Below, one piece after another: positions 36,227-44,194 of a DNA stretch of 50,359 nt. The translations under genes and the position numbers were made by a program. The DNA comes from an uncultured Leptospirales bacterium (GTDB taxonomy: Bacteria > Spirochaetota > UBA4802 > UBA5550). The DNA is taken from NCBI GenBank assembly GCA_964554685.1, contig CAZKPR010000005.1, forward strand, positions 1 through 50,359. Reading direction: 5' to 3'. Positions within the stretch are counted from its first letter, which is position 1. The number at the start of each line of letters is the position of its first letter. The notes beneath the pieces were generated by a model. The model was given only the letters and a program-made list of their open reading frames with translations. It did no database searches and had not been told where the DNA came from.

Positions 36227-36874
36227 TCAGTCGCGCGTTTCCTCGGTCTCGATCAGTTCCAGCACCAGGGAGTACGCAGGGGTGCCCGCGGCGGTGAAAT
36301 CGATGCGCTCCGGCATCCCCATGCGGCGGCCGGCCGAATAGCGGATCACGCGTTCCCGCGTGCGCGACGCGCCGTAGACCGCCACCTCGATCTCGCCGCC
36401 CTCCCTCCTGATGACGTCTGTCACGGTCTCTTCAGAACGGTAGCGCGCAACGCGGCTCCCGTCACGCAGCGTTCCCGATTCAACGGGCTTTCCGGGGGGC
36501 GCGAAAAGAATAAGCCTGATATCCCTGATCATCCCCGCGACAAAAGCGGGAGAGGAGAAGGGCCCGATGGCCCGGTGGATCACGAGGCCGCCATCATGCT
36601 CCGCGTCGAGGAACACCAGCCCCTCGATGGACATTAGTGAGAAGCGGATCCTTCCGGTCCTTTCCTCGAAGGCGAAGACGCCGATCATCGACGCCGTGGC
36701 GCCCCCGGGGAGGGTCCCGGTTATGGAATGAATGAGGCGCCGGCTTCCCGTCACGAAGGGGGAATCAACCCCGCCCGCGTCCGCGTCCCCGCCGGCGAAG
36801 GGAGTGATGGCGGGAAGGCCGGCGCAGGCCGTCAACAGAACAAGCACGATAAGGAAAGGAGGAAAGCGCATCAT
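36227..36874 (-). CDS. lipoprotein, possibly DUF3261-like (ApeN-like)
   Basis: Lipobox MMRFPPFLIVLVLLTACAG. About 215 aa. Its start overlaps the LolA-like stop (ATGA at 36871-36874). The family assignment rests on size and context only. Confidence 0.55.
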   Translation of the reverse strand: MMRFPPFLIVLVLLTACAGLPAITPFAGGDADAGGVDSPFVTGSRRLIHSITGTLPGGATASMIGVFAFEERTGRIRFSLMSIEGLVFLDAEHDGGLVIHRAIGPFSSPAFVAGMIRDIRLILFAPPGKPVESGTLRDGSRVARYRSEETVTDVIRREGGEIEVAVYGASRTRERVIRYSAGRRMGMPERIDFTAAGTPAYSLVLELIETEETRD

Positions 36875-37503
36875 ATCCCCTTGAAAAGCGAATCGGGCAG
36901 CCTCTCGTTCAGGCGGACACCCGAGAACTCGAGAAGGGTGTAGGACCTTTCGCTTTCGAATATCTTCACCGTGCGTATCACACCGGGCGTGGAGGAAAGC
37001 CGGAGCTCGATCCGCTGGATGAATTCCGCCATGGAACGCTCCTTCGGCGTGAGTACGATCACCCTCCCGGGGCGAAGGATCGGGGTGAAATCGGGGTTGG
37101 CGTCGAAGCTCCCCTTCATCCAGAGGGTGATCTCCTGGAGCACGACGCGCATCGACTGGAGTCGCGCCGTTGAATCGCTCGTCATCCGCCCGCCGCGCTC
37201 GACGTAGCGGCGCACGGACCGGTTATGCATGAGGAGAACGCTCCGGACCGGGGACTCGTATTCCCACCGGAGGGACGCAGGGGCCTGGAAATAAAACGTT
37301 CCCTTCGAAACGAGGGGCCGCGCCAGTATGGGCATCTGCTTCGTCTGGGTGAAATTCGCGCGGACGGAGGTGATCTCACGGGCCGTCGAGCGAATCTCCT
37401 CCCAGCCATCTCCCCAGGCGAGAAGCGACAGGGAAAGAATGGCCGGGACCGCCCTGGCCGCGAAGGGGATTCTCGTTGTCGTTGTATTCCTGAAATACCG
37501 CAT
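36871..37503 (-). CDS. LolA-like outer-membrane lipoprotein carrier family protein
   Basis: 210 aa. Signal peptide, then ITSVRANFTQTKQMPILARPLVSKGTFYFQAPASLRWEYESP, typical of LolA-fold proteins. Confidence 0.7.
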   Translation of the reverse strand: MRYFRNTTTTRIPFAARAVPAILSLSLLAWGDGWEEIRSTAREITSVRANFTQTKQMPILARPLVSKGTFYFQAPASLRWEYESPVRSVLLMHNRSVRRYVERGGRMTSDSTARLQSMRVVLQEITLWMKGSFDANPDFTPILRPGRVIVLTPKERSMAEFIQRIELRLSSTPGVIRTVKIFESERSYTLLEFSGVRLNERLPDSLFKGI

Positions 37504-37527
37504 TGGATTCTTCCCGGCGCCGGGGAG

Positions 37528-38265
37528 TCAGATCATCCCGCCGTTCACGCCTATCACCTGTCCCGTAATGTAGGACGCCTCGTCGGAGCAGAGGAAGCGC
37601 ACCGCCGCGGCGACCTCCTCGGGCCTTCCCACGCGGCCCATGGGTATGACATGCTTGATCATCTCCACCGGTGCGTCCCTGATCATGTCCGTCTCTATGA
37701 GTCCCGGGGCCACGACGTTGACCCGTATCCCCTTTTTCGCAACTTCCGAGGCGACCGTTCTGCTGGCGCCGATGAGACCCGCCTTCGCCGCGGAGTAGTT
37801 CGCCTGCCCCTTGTTGCCTATGAGCCCCGCCACGGAAGCGATGGAAACCACGGAGCCCTTCTTCTGTCTCAGCATCTTCTTCAGGGCCGGCTTCGTCATG
37901 TTGTAAAAGCCTTTCAGGGTCGTGGCGATGACGGCGTCCCATTCGGACTCCTGCATCATGAGGAAGAGGTTGTCCGCCGTGATCCCCGCGTTGTTCACCA
38001 GGGCATCGAGCCTGGGAAAACGCGCGGTAATATCCTCCATCGCCTTTTCCGCTTCCGCCGCCGACGCCACGTCGAATTTCATCGCCTCGCCGTCGCCGCC
38101 GGCCCCCCGTACGAGGTCCATGGTCTCCGCTGCGGCCGCGTCGTTCGAACGATAGTTGACGATGATATAATAGCCGTCGGTGGCGAGCCCCACGGCAATG
38201 GCGCGGCCGATCCCCCTGCTCGCGCCGGTTACGATGGCCGTTTTCCGCCCCTCGTTGATTTCCAT
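37528..38265 (-). CDS. fabG: 3-oxoacyl-ACP reductase (SDR, FabG type)
   Basis: ATG at 38265 preceded by [28 protein letters not shown], catalytic S...YSAAK, and PGLIETDM. The 122-codon upstream extension in the ORF track overlaps the dehydratase gene and is rejected. Confidence 0.9.
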   Translation of the reverse strand: MEINEGRKTAIVTGASRGIGRAIAVGLATDGYYIIVNYRSNDAAAAETMDLVRGAGGDGEAMKFDVASAAEAEKAMEDITARFPRLDALVNNAGITADNLFLMMQESEWDAVIATTLKGFYNMTKPALKKMLRQKKGSVVSIASVAGLIGNKGQANYSAAKAGLIGASRTVASEVAKKGIRVNVVAPGLIETDMIRDAPVEMIKHVIPMGRVGRPEEVAAAVRFLCSDEASYITGQVIGVNGGMI

Positions 38266-38285
38266 CTTTCTCCTCCTGGACTCCG

Positions 38286-38729
38286 CTACTCTTCGGGCCT
38301 GAACACCTGAAGATGAATATCCCCGGCAACCCCGGATCCGGTTTCGACGATGCCCGCCACCTCGACGTAGTCGCGCTCCTGCTTCACTCTCCTCGCCGTT
38401 ACGGTCAATCGCTCTCCAGGGGGTATGCTCGTCACCGAGAAGACCGCCTTCTTGACTCCCACGAGCCACCCGGGACGCGTATTCTCTTCCGGATTCCCCG
38501 TTTCGGCGGCATTCTTCATTCCGAAATAGGCGCCTATGCTCTGGGCCACGAGCTCGATCATGACGATGGGGTTGACGCCGCGGTCCCCGGAGAGGGGCCA
38601 GTGGGGCCCCGCGACCGCGGTGGTGACGCATCGTTCTTCATCGAACTCGATGATCTCCTCGATGAGCCTCATCCTTCGTCGGTGAGGAATCAATGTCTCA
38701 ATGTCATGCATGATCTGCGTCCCAGGCAA
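38286..38729 (-). CDS. hotdog-fold beta-hydroxyacyl-ACP dehydratase (FabZ/ApeI-ApeP-like)
   Basis: About 141-147 aa (start at 38729 or ATG at 38711). [14 protein letters not shown] opening motif. [13 protein letters not shown] central helix. Confidence 0.75.
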   Translation of the reverse strand: MPGTQIMHDIETLIPHRRRMRLIEEIIEFDEERCVTTAVAGPHWPLSGDRGVNPIVMIELVAQSIGAYFGMKNAAETGNPEENTRPGWLVGVKKAVFSVTSIPPGERLTVTARRVKQERDYVEVAGIVETGSGVAGDIHLQVFRPEE

Positions 38730-38766
38730 CGGGTGAGGAATCAGGCTATTTCATTCGAAGTAATGG

Positions 38767-38788
38767 TGTCAATAAAAATAAGTTGACA
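38767..38788. promoter_or_regulatory. inverted repeat / back-to-back -35 boxes in the divergent promoter region
   Basis: TGTCAA (38767-38772), A/T-rich 10 nt, TTGACA (38783-38788). Each arm reads TTGACA toward one of the two divergent operons. The downstream -10 candidates are weak (AAGACT on the plus strand). Confidence 0.3.
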
Positions 38789-38829
38789 GCATCCCGCTCC
38801 GCGTCGAAGACTTTTCGGCGTTACATACC

Positions 38830-39105
38830 ATGAAGAGGGAGCGTGCAATGGGGGAATTAATCGCCGAGCTGAAGGAAAAAATCATCGAGACCCTCGACCT
38901 GATCGATGTCGTACCCGCCGATATCGCCGAGGAGGACCCCCTCGTGGGAGGAAAGCTCGGCCTTGACTCTATCGACATACTCGAGCTCGCCATGATGGTG
39001 GACAAGGAATACGGATTAAAGATAGACAGCAAGGAGCTGGGCAGGGAGGTCTTCTCAACCCTGAGGACCCTCGCCGATTACATCACGAAGCACCGCCAGG
39101 GATAG
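38830..39105 (+). CDS. acyl carrier protein (dedicated, non-housekeeping context)
   Basis: About 85-91 aa. Phosphopantetheine site LGLDSIDILELAMMVDKEYG. Confidence 0.85.
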   Translation: MKRERAMGELIAELKEKIIETLDLIDVVPADIAEEDPLVGGKLGLDSIDILELAMMVDKEYGLKIDSKELGREVFSTLRTLADYITKHRQG

Positions 39106-39109
39106 CCCA

Positions 39110-41269
39110 TTGTCAACCAGGGTCTTCATCACGGGAAGGGGAATCATCAGCCCCCTGGGGCGCGGCGTTGAGGCGCACCTCGATTCCCTGCGCCGGGGCC
39201 GTTCAGGCATCGGGCCCCTGGCGCTGTTCGATACCGCCGCCGGCGCCCTGCCCGTGGGTGAAATCACCGGTTTCACCTCCGAAGCAGCGGTTCCCCGGAC
39301 CCATCAACTGGCGATCGAAGCCGCCCGGGACGCACTGGGAGGATCAACGGAGCCGCCCGATGCGATCGTCATCGGCACCACCACGGGGGGCATGTCAACG
39401 ACGGAATCGCTCCTGAAAAGCGGCGAACGCGACCCCGCGCTCTTCTTCCATCATTCCACCTCGTCGGTGGCGGAATACTGCGCGGGGATCCTCGGGTGCC
39501 GGGGACTCGTTATCACCGTCACCACGGCCTGCTCCTCCGGGGCCGCCGCCATACGCCTCGCATGGGAGCTCGTCAGGACGGGAAGGGCGCGCCGGGTCCT
39601 CGCCGGGGGCGTCGATTCGCTCTGCCGCCTCACCTACTACGGGTTCAACGCCCTCCAGCTGATCGATCCCTCCGGGGCCCGCCCGCTGGATCGCGCGCGC
39701 CGCGGCATGTCCGTGGGCGAGGGGGCGGCCATGCTTCTCCTCGAGGGAAGGGACGGGGTCCCCGATGGCGCCCCGGCGGAGATCATCGGGTGCGGTCTTT
39801 CCTGCGACGCCCATCATCCCGCGGCTCCCCACCCGGAGGGCGCGGGGGCGCGGGAGGCCATGAGGCGCGCCATCAACGCGGCGGGCCTCTCACCATCCGG
39901 CATTTCCTACGTGAACCTGCACGGCACGGGAACCATCGACAATGACCTGGCCGAGGCCCGGGCCCTTCGCTCCCTCTTCGGCGACGCCCTCCCCCCCCTC
40001 TCGTCGACGAAGGGGGCCACGGGTCACACCCTGGCCGCGGCCGGCGCCATCGAGGCGGTAATCGCAACGATCGTGCTCGAACGGGGATTCATGCCGGCCA
40101 ACACGGGGTGCACGGAACCCGACCCGGAGCTCGGGGTCACGCCCCTCCTCGAAGCGCGGGAGGGCGAGGTCGACGCGGTGCTCTCCAATTCCTTCGGCTT
40201 CGGCGGCAACAACGCCTCCCTGGTCCTGGCCGGCCCGGGGGGAGACCGTTCCCCGGCAGGGACGCAGGCCTGTTACCTCGAGGTGCTGGGCTTCTCCTGC
40301 GTCACGGGGGCCGGGAACATGGCGGCCACGCTGGATCGCCTCAACGAGGGAAAATCCTGCACCGGCACCCTGCCCCTGGGGGAGGTATTAACCCAGCTTC
40401 CTCCACGGGAGGTCCGGCGCCTGAAGCGGCTTCCCCGCATCGCCCTTTCGCTGGCCATTGACGCACGGGAGAGCGCGGCGGAGGCACCCGCCCCCGCGGC
40501 GCTCTTTTTCGGGACCTCCTGGGGGCCCCTCTCGGAAACTCATGACTTCCTCACGAAGCTCTTCGAATCAGGGGAGCAGTTCACGAGCCCCACGGATTTC
40601 GTCGGCTCGGTCCACAACGCCCCGGCCGGCCAGGCGGCCATCCTGCTCGGAGCCCGCGGCGCCAATATTACCGCCACGGGGGGCGACTACTCCTTCGAGG
40701 AGGCCCTCTTCGCGGCCCTTCTCGCCGCCGAGCCCGGCGAGGGGCTTCTGGTCTTCGGGGCCGATGAATATCAGGAAACCCTCTCGCCTCTCTTCGACCC
40801 ATCGGTACGCGCCGCGGTTGCTCCCTCGGACGGCGGGGGCGCCCTCTTTCTTCGCAAGACGGAGGAACCGCGGGGCACAAGGATCGTGCCCGCGTTTTTC
40901 GGCAACCCGGGGACCGATGCCGGTTGGTCCGATTCCCTGGTCGACTCCCTGGGAGGGGCCAGGGCTATTGGGGAAACCTACGGCGCGGTCATGGCCGGCA
41001 TTCCCTCGGGAGAAAGAAAGGTCTGCGAAGAGCAGCTCGCGCGCGTGATCTCGTCCACCGGCTTTGCTGGACCGGTCATCGACTACCGCGCCCTTCTCGG
41101 CGAGTACGGCGCCGTATCCGCCACGGCTGCGGCCCTCGCCGCCCGTTTCGTCAGCGACGGCTCGTTCCCCGGGTCCATTGCCGGGGCCGGCGTGGCGGTC
41201 CCCGCGGGGAAGGGGATACTGCTCCTGGGCCTGGGGCGCTTTGTTACCGCCGTCGGCATCATCCCCTGA
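39110..41269 (+). CDS. fused beta-ketoacyl-ACP synthase (KS) and chain-length-factor-like (KS-N-like, no nucleophile) didomain protein
   Basis: TTG start 4 nt after the ACP stop. N-terminal half: VTTACSSGAAAIRLA (active Cys), CDAHHPAAP, NLHGTGT, NSFGFGGNNASLVL. C-terminal half is KS-like but has TATGGDYSFEEAL where the Cys should be, and no His-His pair is seen. Confidence 0.85.
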   Translation: MSTRVFITGRGIISPLGRGVEAHLDSLRRGRSGIGPLALFDTAAGALPVGEITGFTSEAAVPRTHQLAIEAARDALGGSTEPPDAIVIGTTTGGMSTTESLLKSGERDPALFFHHSTSSVAEYCAGILGCRGLVITVTTACSSGAAAIRLAWELVRTGRARRVLAGGVDSLCRLTYYGFNALQLIDPSGARPLDRARRGMSVGEGAAMLLLEGRDGVPDGAPAEIIGCGLSCDAHHPAAPHPEGAGAREAMRRAINAAGLSPSGISYVNLHGTGTIDNDLAEARALRSLFGDALPPLSSTKGATGHTLAAAGAIEAVIATIVLERGFMPANTGCTEPDPELGVTPLLEAREGEVDAVLSNSFGFGGNNASLVLAGPGGDRSPAGTQACYLEVLGFSCVTGAGNMAATLDRLNEGKSCTGTLPLGEVLTQLPPREVRRLKRLPRIALSLAIDARESAAEAPAPAALFFGTSWGPLSETHDFLTKLFESGEQFTSPTDFVGSVHNAPAGQAAILLGARGANITATGGDYSFEEALFAALLAAEPGEGLLVFGADEYQETLSPLFDPSVRAAVAPSDGGGALFLRKTEEPRGTRIVPAFFGNPGTDAGWSDSLVDSLGGARAIGETYGAVMAGIPSGERKVCEEQLARVISSTGFAGPVIDYRALLGEYGAVSATAAALAARFVSDGSFPGSIAGAGVAVPAGKGILLLGLGRFVTAVGIIP

Positions 41270-41275
41270 GGCGCC

Positions 41276-42622
41276 ATGAAGGTACTCCTGATCTCCGCCA
41301 ACACGCTGCGCGTTCCCTATTGCATCTATCCACTGGGCCTCGATTACGTCGCGCGGGCGATAGCGGACCGCCATGACGTGATGATCCTGGACAGCAACCT
41401 CACCAAGGGCGCGGATCAAGTCGCCGGGACCATCCATGATTTCAAGCCCGATCTGATCGGCATATCCCTGAGGAACATCGACAACACGAACGTACTGGAC
41501 TCGAAGGGCTACATCGAGGCGTACCGGAAACTGGTCGAGGCGATACGGCAGTGCACGGATGTTCCCGTCATTCTCGGCGGAAGCGGCTTCACCCTTTTCC
41601 CGGCGCGTCTCATGGAGCTCATCGGCGCCGACTACGGCATCATCGGCGAGGGGGAGAGGCTGCCCATGCTCCTGGAGGCCCTGGAAAGGGGGGATGATCC
41701 CGCGGGCATTCCCGGCGTCATCACCGGGTCCATGAAGGGTTCCTTTCCTCCCCCCCTTGGCGAGGATTTCCATCGCGCGCCCCTCCAGGGGGAGATCGCC
41801 CGCTTCTACATCGAGCGGGGGGGCATGCTCAACCTCCAGACGAAGAGGGGCTGTCCCTACCGGTGCGTTTACTGCACCTACCCTCATATCGAGGGAAGCG
41901 ATCTTCGCCCGATCCCGCCGGAGGAGGCGGCCGAAACCGCCAGGGAACTCGAGCACGCCGGGGCGAAATACCTCTACATCACCGATTCCGTGTTCAACGC
42001 CGACTACGACCAGAGCAGCCGCGTGGCCCGGGCGTTCATGGATGCGGGGCTCGGAATACCCTGGGGGGCGTTTCTCTCCCCCACGAAGCCGCCGCCGGGC
42101 TACTATGCCCTTCTCCGCGACGCGGGGATGACCCACGCCGAATTCGGCACGGAGTCCCTTTCACCCTCCATGCTCGCCTCCTATAGAAAACCTTTCTCGG
42201 TCGACGATGTCCATGAGGCCCATGCCGCCGCGGTCGCCGCCGGGCTTCATGTCTGCCACTACCTGCTCCTGGGGGGACCCGGGGAGAACCGGGAGACCCT
42301 CGAGGAGACCCTGGCACACGCCGACCGCCTGGAGAGGACCGTCATCTTCTTTTTCTGCGGGATCAGGATCTATCCCCACACCGCGCTGTACGAGATCGCC
42401 CTCCGGGAGGGGCAGATATCCGAGCAGGACGATCTGATCGAGCCGGTATTCTACCAGTCCCGGGATATCAGCGGGGAGGAGATAATCCGGATCACCACGG
42501 AGCGGGCCGCGGGAAGGGAGAACTGGTTCATCGGCACGGGGAGCAGGCTCACCACGCGCCTGGTGGCGCGCCTCCACCGCCAGGGCCATACGGGGCCCCT
42601 CTGGGAGATGATGATCCGGTGA
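41276..42622 (+). CDS. B12-binding-domain radical SAM enzyme (lipid-biosynthesis type)
   Basis: MKVLLISANT...YPLGLDYVA...DLIGISLRN B12-like domain. TKRGCPYRCVYCTYP cluster motif. Starts 6 nt after the KS stop. Confidence 0.85.
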   Translation: MKVLLISANTLRVPYCIYPLGLDYVARAIADRHDVMILDSNLTKGADQVAGTIHDFKPDLIGISLRNIDNTNVLDSKGYIEAYRKLVEAIRQCTDVPVILGGSGFTLFPARLMELIGADYGIIGEGERLPMLLEALERGDDPAGIPGVITGSMKGSFPPPLGEDFHRAPLQGEIARFYIERGGMLNLQTKRGCPYRCVYCTYPHIEGSDLRPIPPEEAAETARELEHAGAKYLYITDSVFNADYDQSSRVARAFMDAGLGIPWGAFLSPTKPPPGYYALLRDAGMTHAEFGTESLSPSMLASYRKPFSVDDVHEAHAAAVAAGLHVCHYLLLGGPGENRETLEETLAHADRLERTVIFFFCGIRIYPHTALYEIALREGQISEQDDLIEPVFYQSRDISGEEIIRITTERAAGRENWFIGTGSRLTTRLVARLHRQGHTGPLWEMMIR

Positions 42623-44064
42623 AAGGCCCGAGGATCCTCACCCTGGCGCCGGCGCACCTCGCCGGCGCCGCCGCCCTGTCTGCCGCGGCGCTCCTGGCCC
42701 TCATCGATCCCCGTCTCTCCGCCATACCCCTGGCTCTCTTTCTGTTCGCCTGTTTCGCCGCGCCCTTCTTCCCCCGCCGGGGTTTCTATCTCCCGGTGAT
42801 ATCCGGGGGCGATCCGTCGCGCCGCGCCGTCGCCCTCACCTTTGACGACGGCCCCGACCCCGCGACGACCCCGCCGCTTCTCGATCTCCTGGCGAAGAAG
42901 GGCGTGACCGCGGCCTTTTTCCTCGCCGGGGCCAGGGCCGAGGCGCACCCGGACCTTGCGGCGCGCGTCATCGAAGTGGGCCACGAGATCGGCAACCATT
43001 CATACCGCCATGACCCCTTCCTCATGCTGAGGGGCACGGGGCGCATCCGGGAGGAGATACTCCGGGGACGGGAGGCCATCGCCCAACTCGGGGTACTCAC
43101 CTTCGCCTTCAGGCCCCCCGTGGGGATCACGAACCCCCGCCTGGGCCGGCCCCTCGTCGAGGCGGGGAGCCACTGCGTCAACTTCAGCCGCAGGGCCCTG
43201 GACGCGGGGAACCGGCGGATAACGGGACTCGCGGGAAGGATCACCGGGAGCGTGAGGTCCGGGGACATCATTCTCCTTCACGACACCGCGCCCCCGGGGG
43301 AGTTCGACCTGGATCTCTGGCTCGGCGAGGTGGATCGCGCCATCGACGGGATCAGGGAAAAGGGCCTGGGGATCATTCCCCTTTCGGAGCTCACGGGCCG
43401 GCCCGTATCCGTGGCAATCGACCGGGCTGAAGGCGTACCGGCTCCTTCTCCCCTCGACCGCATCGCCTCCCTTCCGGAGAACACGGGCACGTGGGGAAGC
43501 CCCTATTCAATGATGGAGCGGGAGCTCATCGAGACGAATCTCCTGCCCGAGATAAAGACCTCGCACCGAATCCTCGACATCGGAATCGGCGGTCCGAATA
43601 CCCTGGCCCTCTCGCGCCACGGGGCCCGCGTGACCGCCCTGGTGCACACGGGCGGGGCTGCGGCCCTCCTGCAGGGAAGCGCGAAGGGGGCAATGAGTGG
43701 TGCGATAGAAATTCTCACCGTCGATACCGAAACGATTGATACAATGGGTCAATTCGATATCGTAACCTGCTTTTCTTTTATCGAATATGTGCCCGAGGGG
43801 GAGCGGCTTCTCGCGACACTGTATTCCCTGCTGAAACCCGCGGGCCTCCTCTACCTCACCACGGCCCTGAAGTCATGCGGGGCCCTCACCGCGATGCCCC
43901 GCGCCGCCCTGCGCACCGGCGTCCTTCCCCTGACCAGAAGCGAAGGCCAGATCGCGCAGATTTTCCTCCACGCGGGATTCCGCGACGTCCGCATAACCTC
44001 GCATCCGATCGGAAGGCGCTTCTCGCCGCGGATCATCGAGGTCATGGCAAGACGGGAAGGGTAA
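42619..44064 (+). CDS. membrane-anchored NodB-type polysaccharide deacetylase fused to a class I SAM methyltransferase
   Basis: GTG start overlapping the preceding stop (GTGA). Two N-terminal TM helices. NodB motifs LTFDDGPD and GHEIGNHSYRH. C-terminal ILDIGIGGPNTL (motif I), then FDIVTCFSFIEYV. Confidence 0.75.
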   Translation: MKGPRILTLAPAHLAGAAALSAAALLALIDPRLSAIPLALFLFACFAAPFFPRRGFYLPVISGGDPSRRAVALTFDDGPDPATTPPLLDLLAKKGVTAAFFLAGARAEAHPDLAARVIEVGHEIGNHSYRHDPFLMLRGTGRIREEILRGREAIAQLGVLTFAFRPPVGITNPRLGRPLVEAGSHCVNFSRRALDAGNRRITGLAGRITGSVRSGDIILLHDTAPPGEFDLDLWLGEVDRAIDGIREKGLGIIPLSELTGRPVSVAIDRAEGVPAPSPLDRIASLPENTGTWGSPYSMMERELIETNLLPEIKTSHRILDIGIGGPNTLALSRHGARVTALVHTGGAAALLQGSAKGAMSGAIEILTVDTETIDTMGQFDIVTCFSFIEYVPEGERLLATLYSLLKPAGLLYLTTALKSCGALTAMPRAALRTGVLPLTRSEGQIAQIFLHAGFRDVRITSHPIGRRFSPRIIEVMARREG

Positions 44065-44194
44065 CGACGCATTTTGCATTGATTCCGTCATCCCGGTTGC
44101 ATTATGGCGGTTTGCGGGCAAAAAATTCTTGATAATCTATAGAATCTTTATACCCTGTTAGGTACGGCGCATACATTACAGGGACCGCAATTAC

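Noticed and set aside
38266-38631. Long form (367 aa) of the FabG ORF
   Set aside because: The upstream 122 codons are Arg/Gly-rich and overlap the dehydratase gene in another frame. The canonical SDR N-terminus begins at the ATG at 38265, which has a strong AGGAGGAG RBS.
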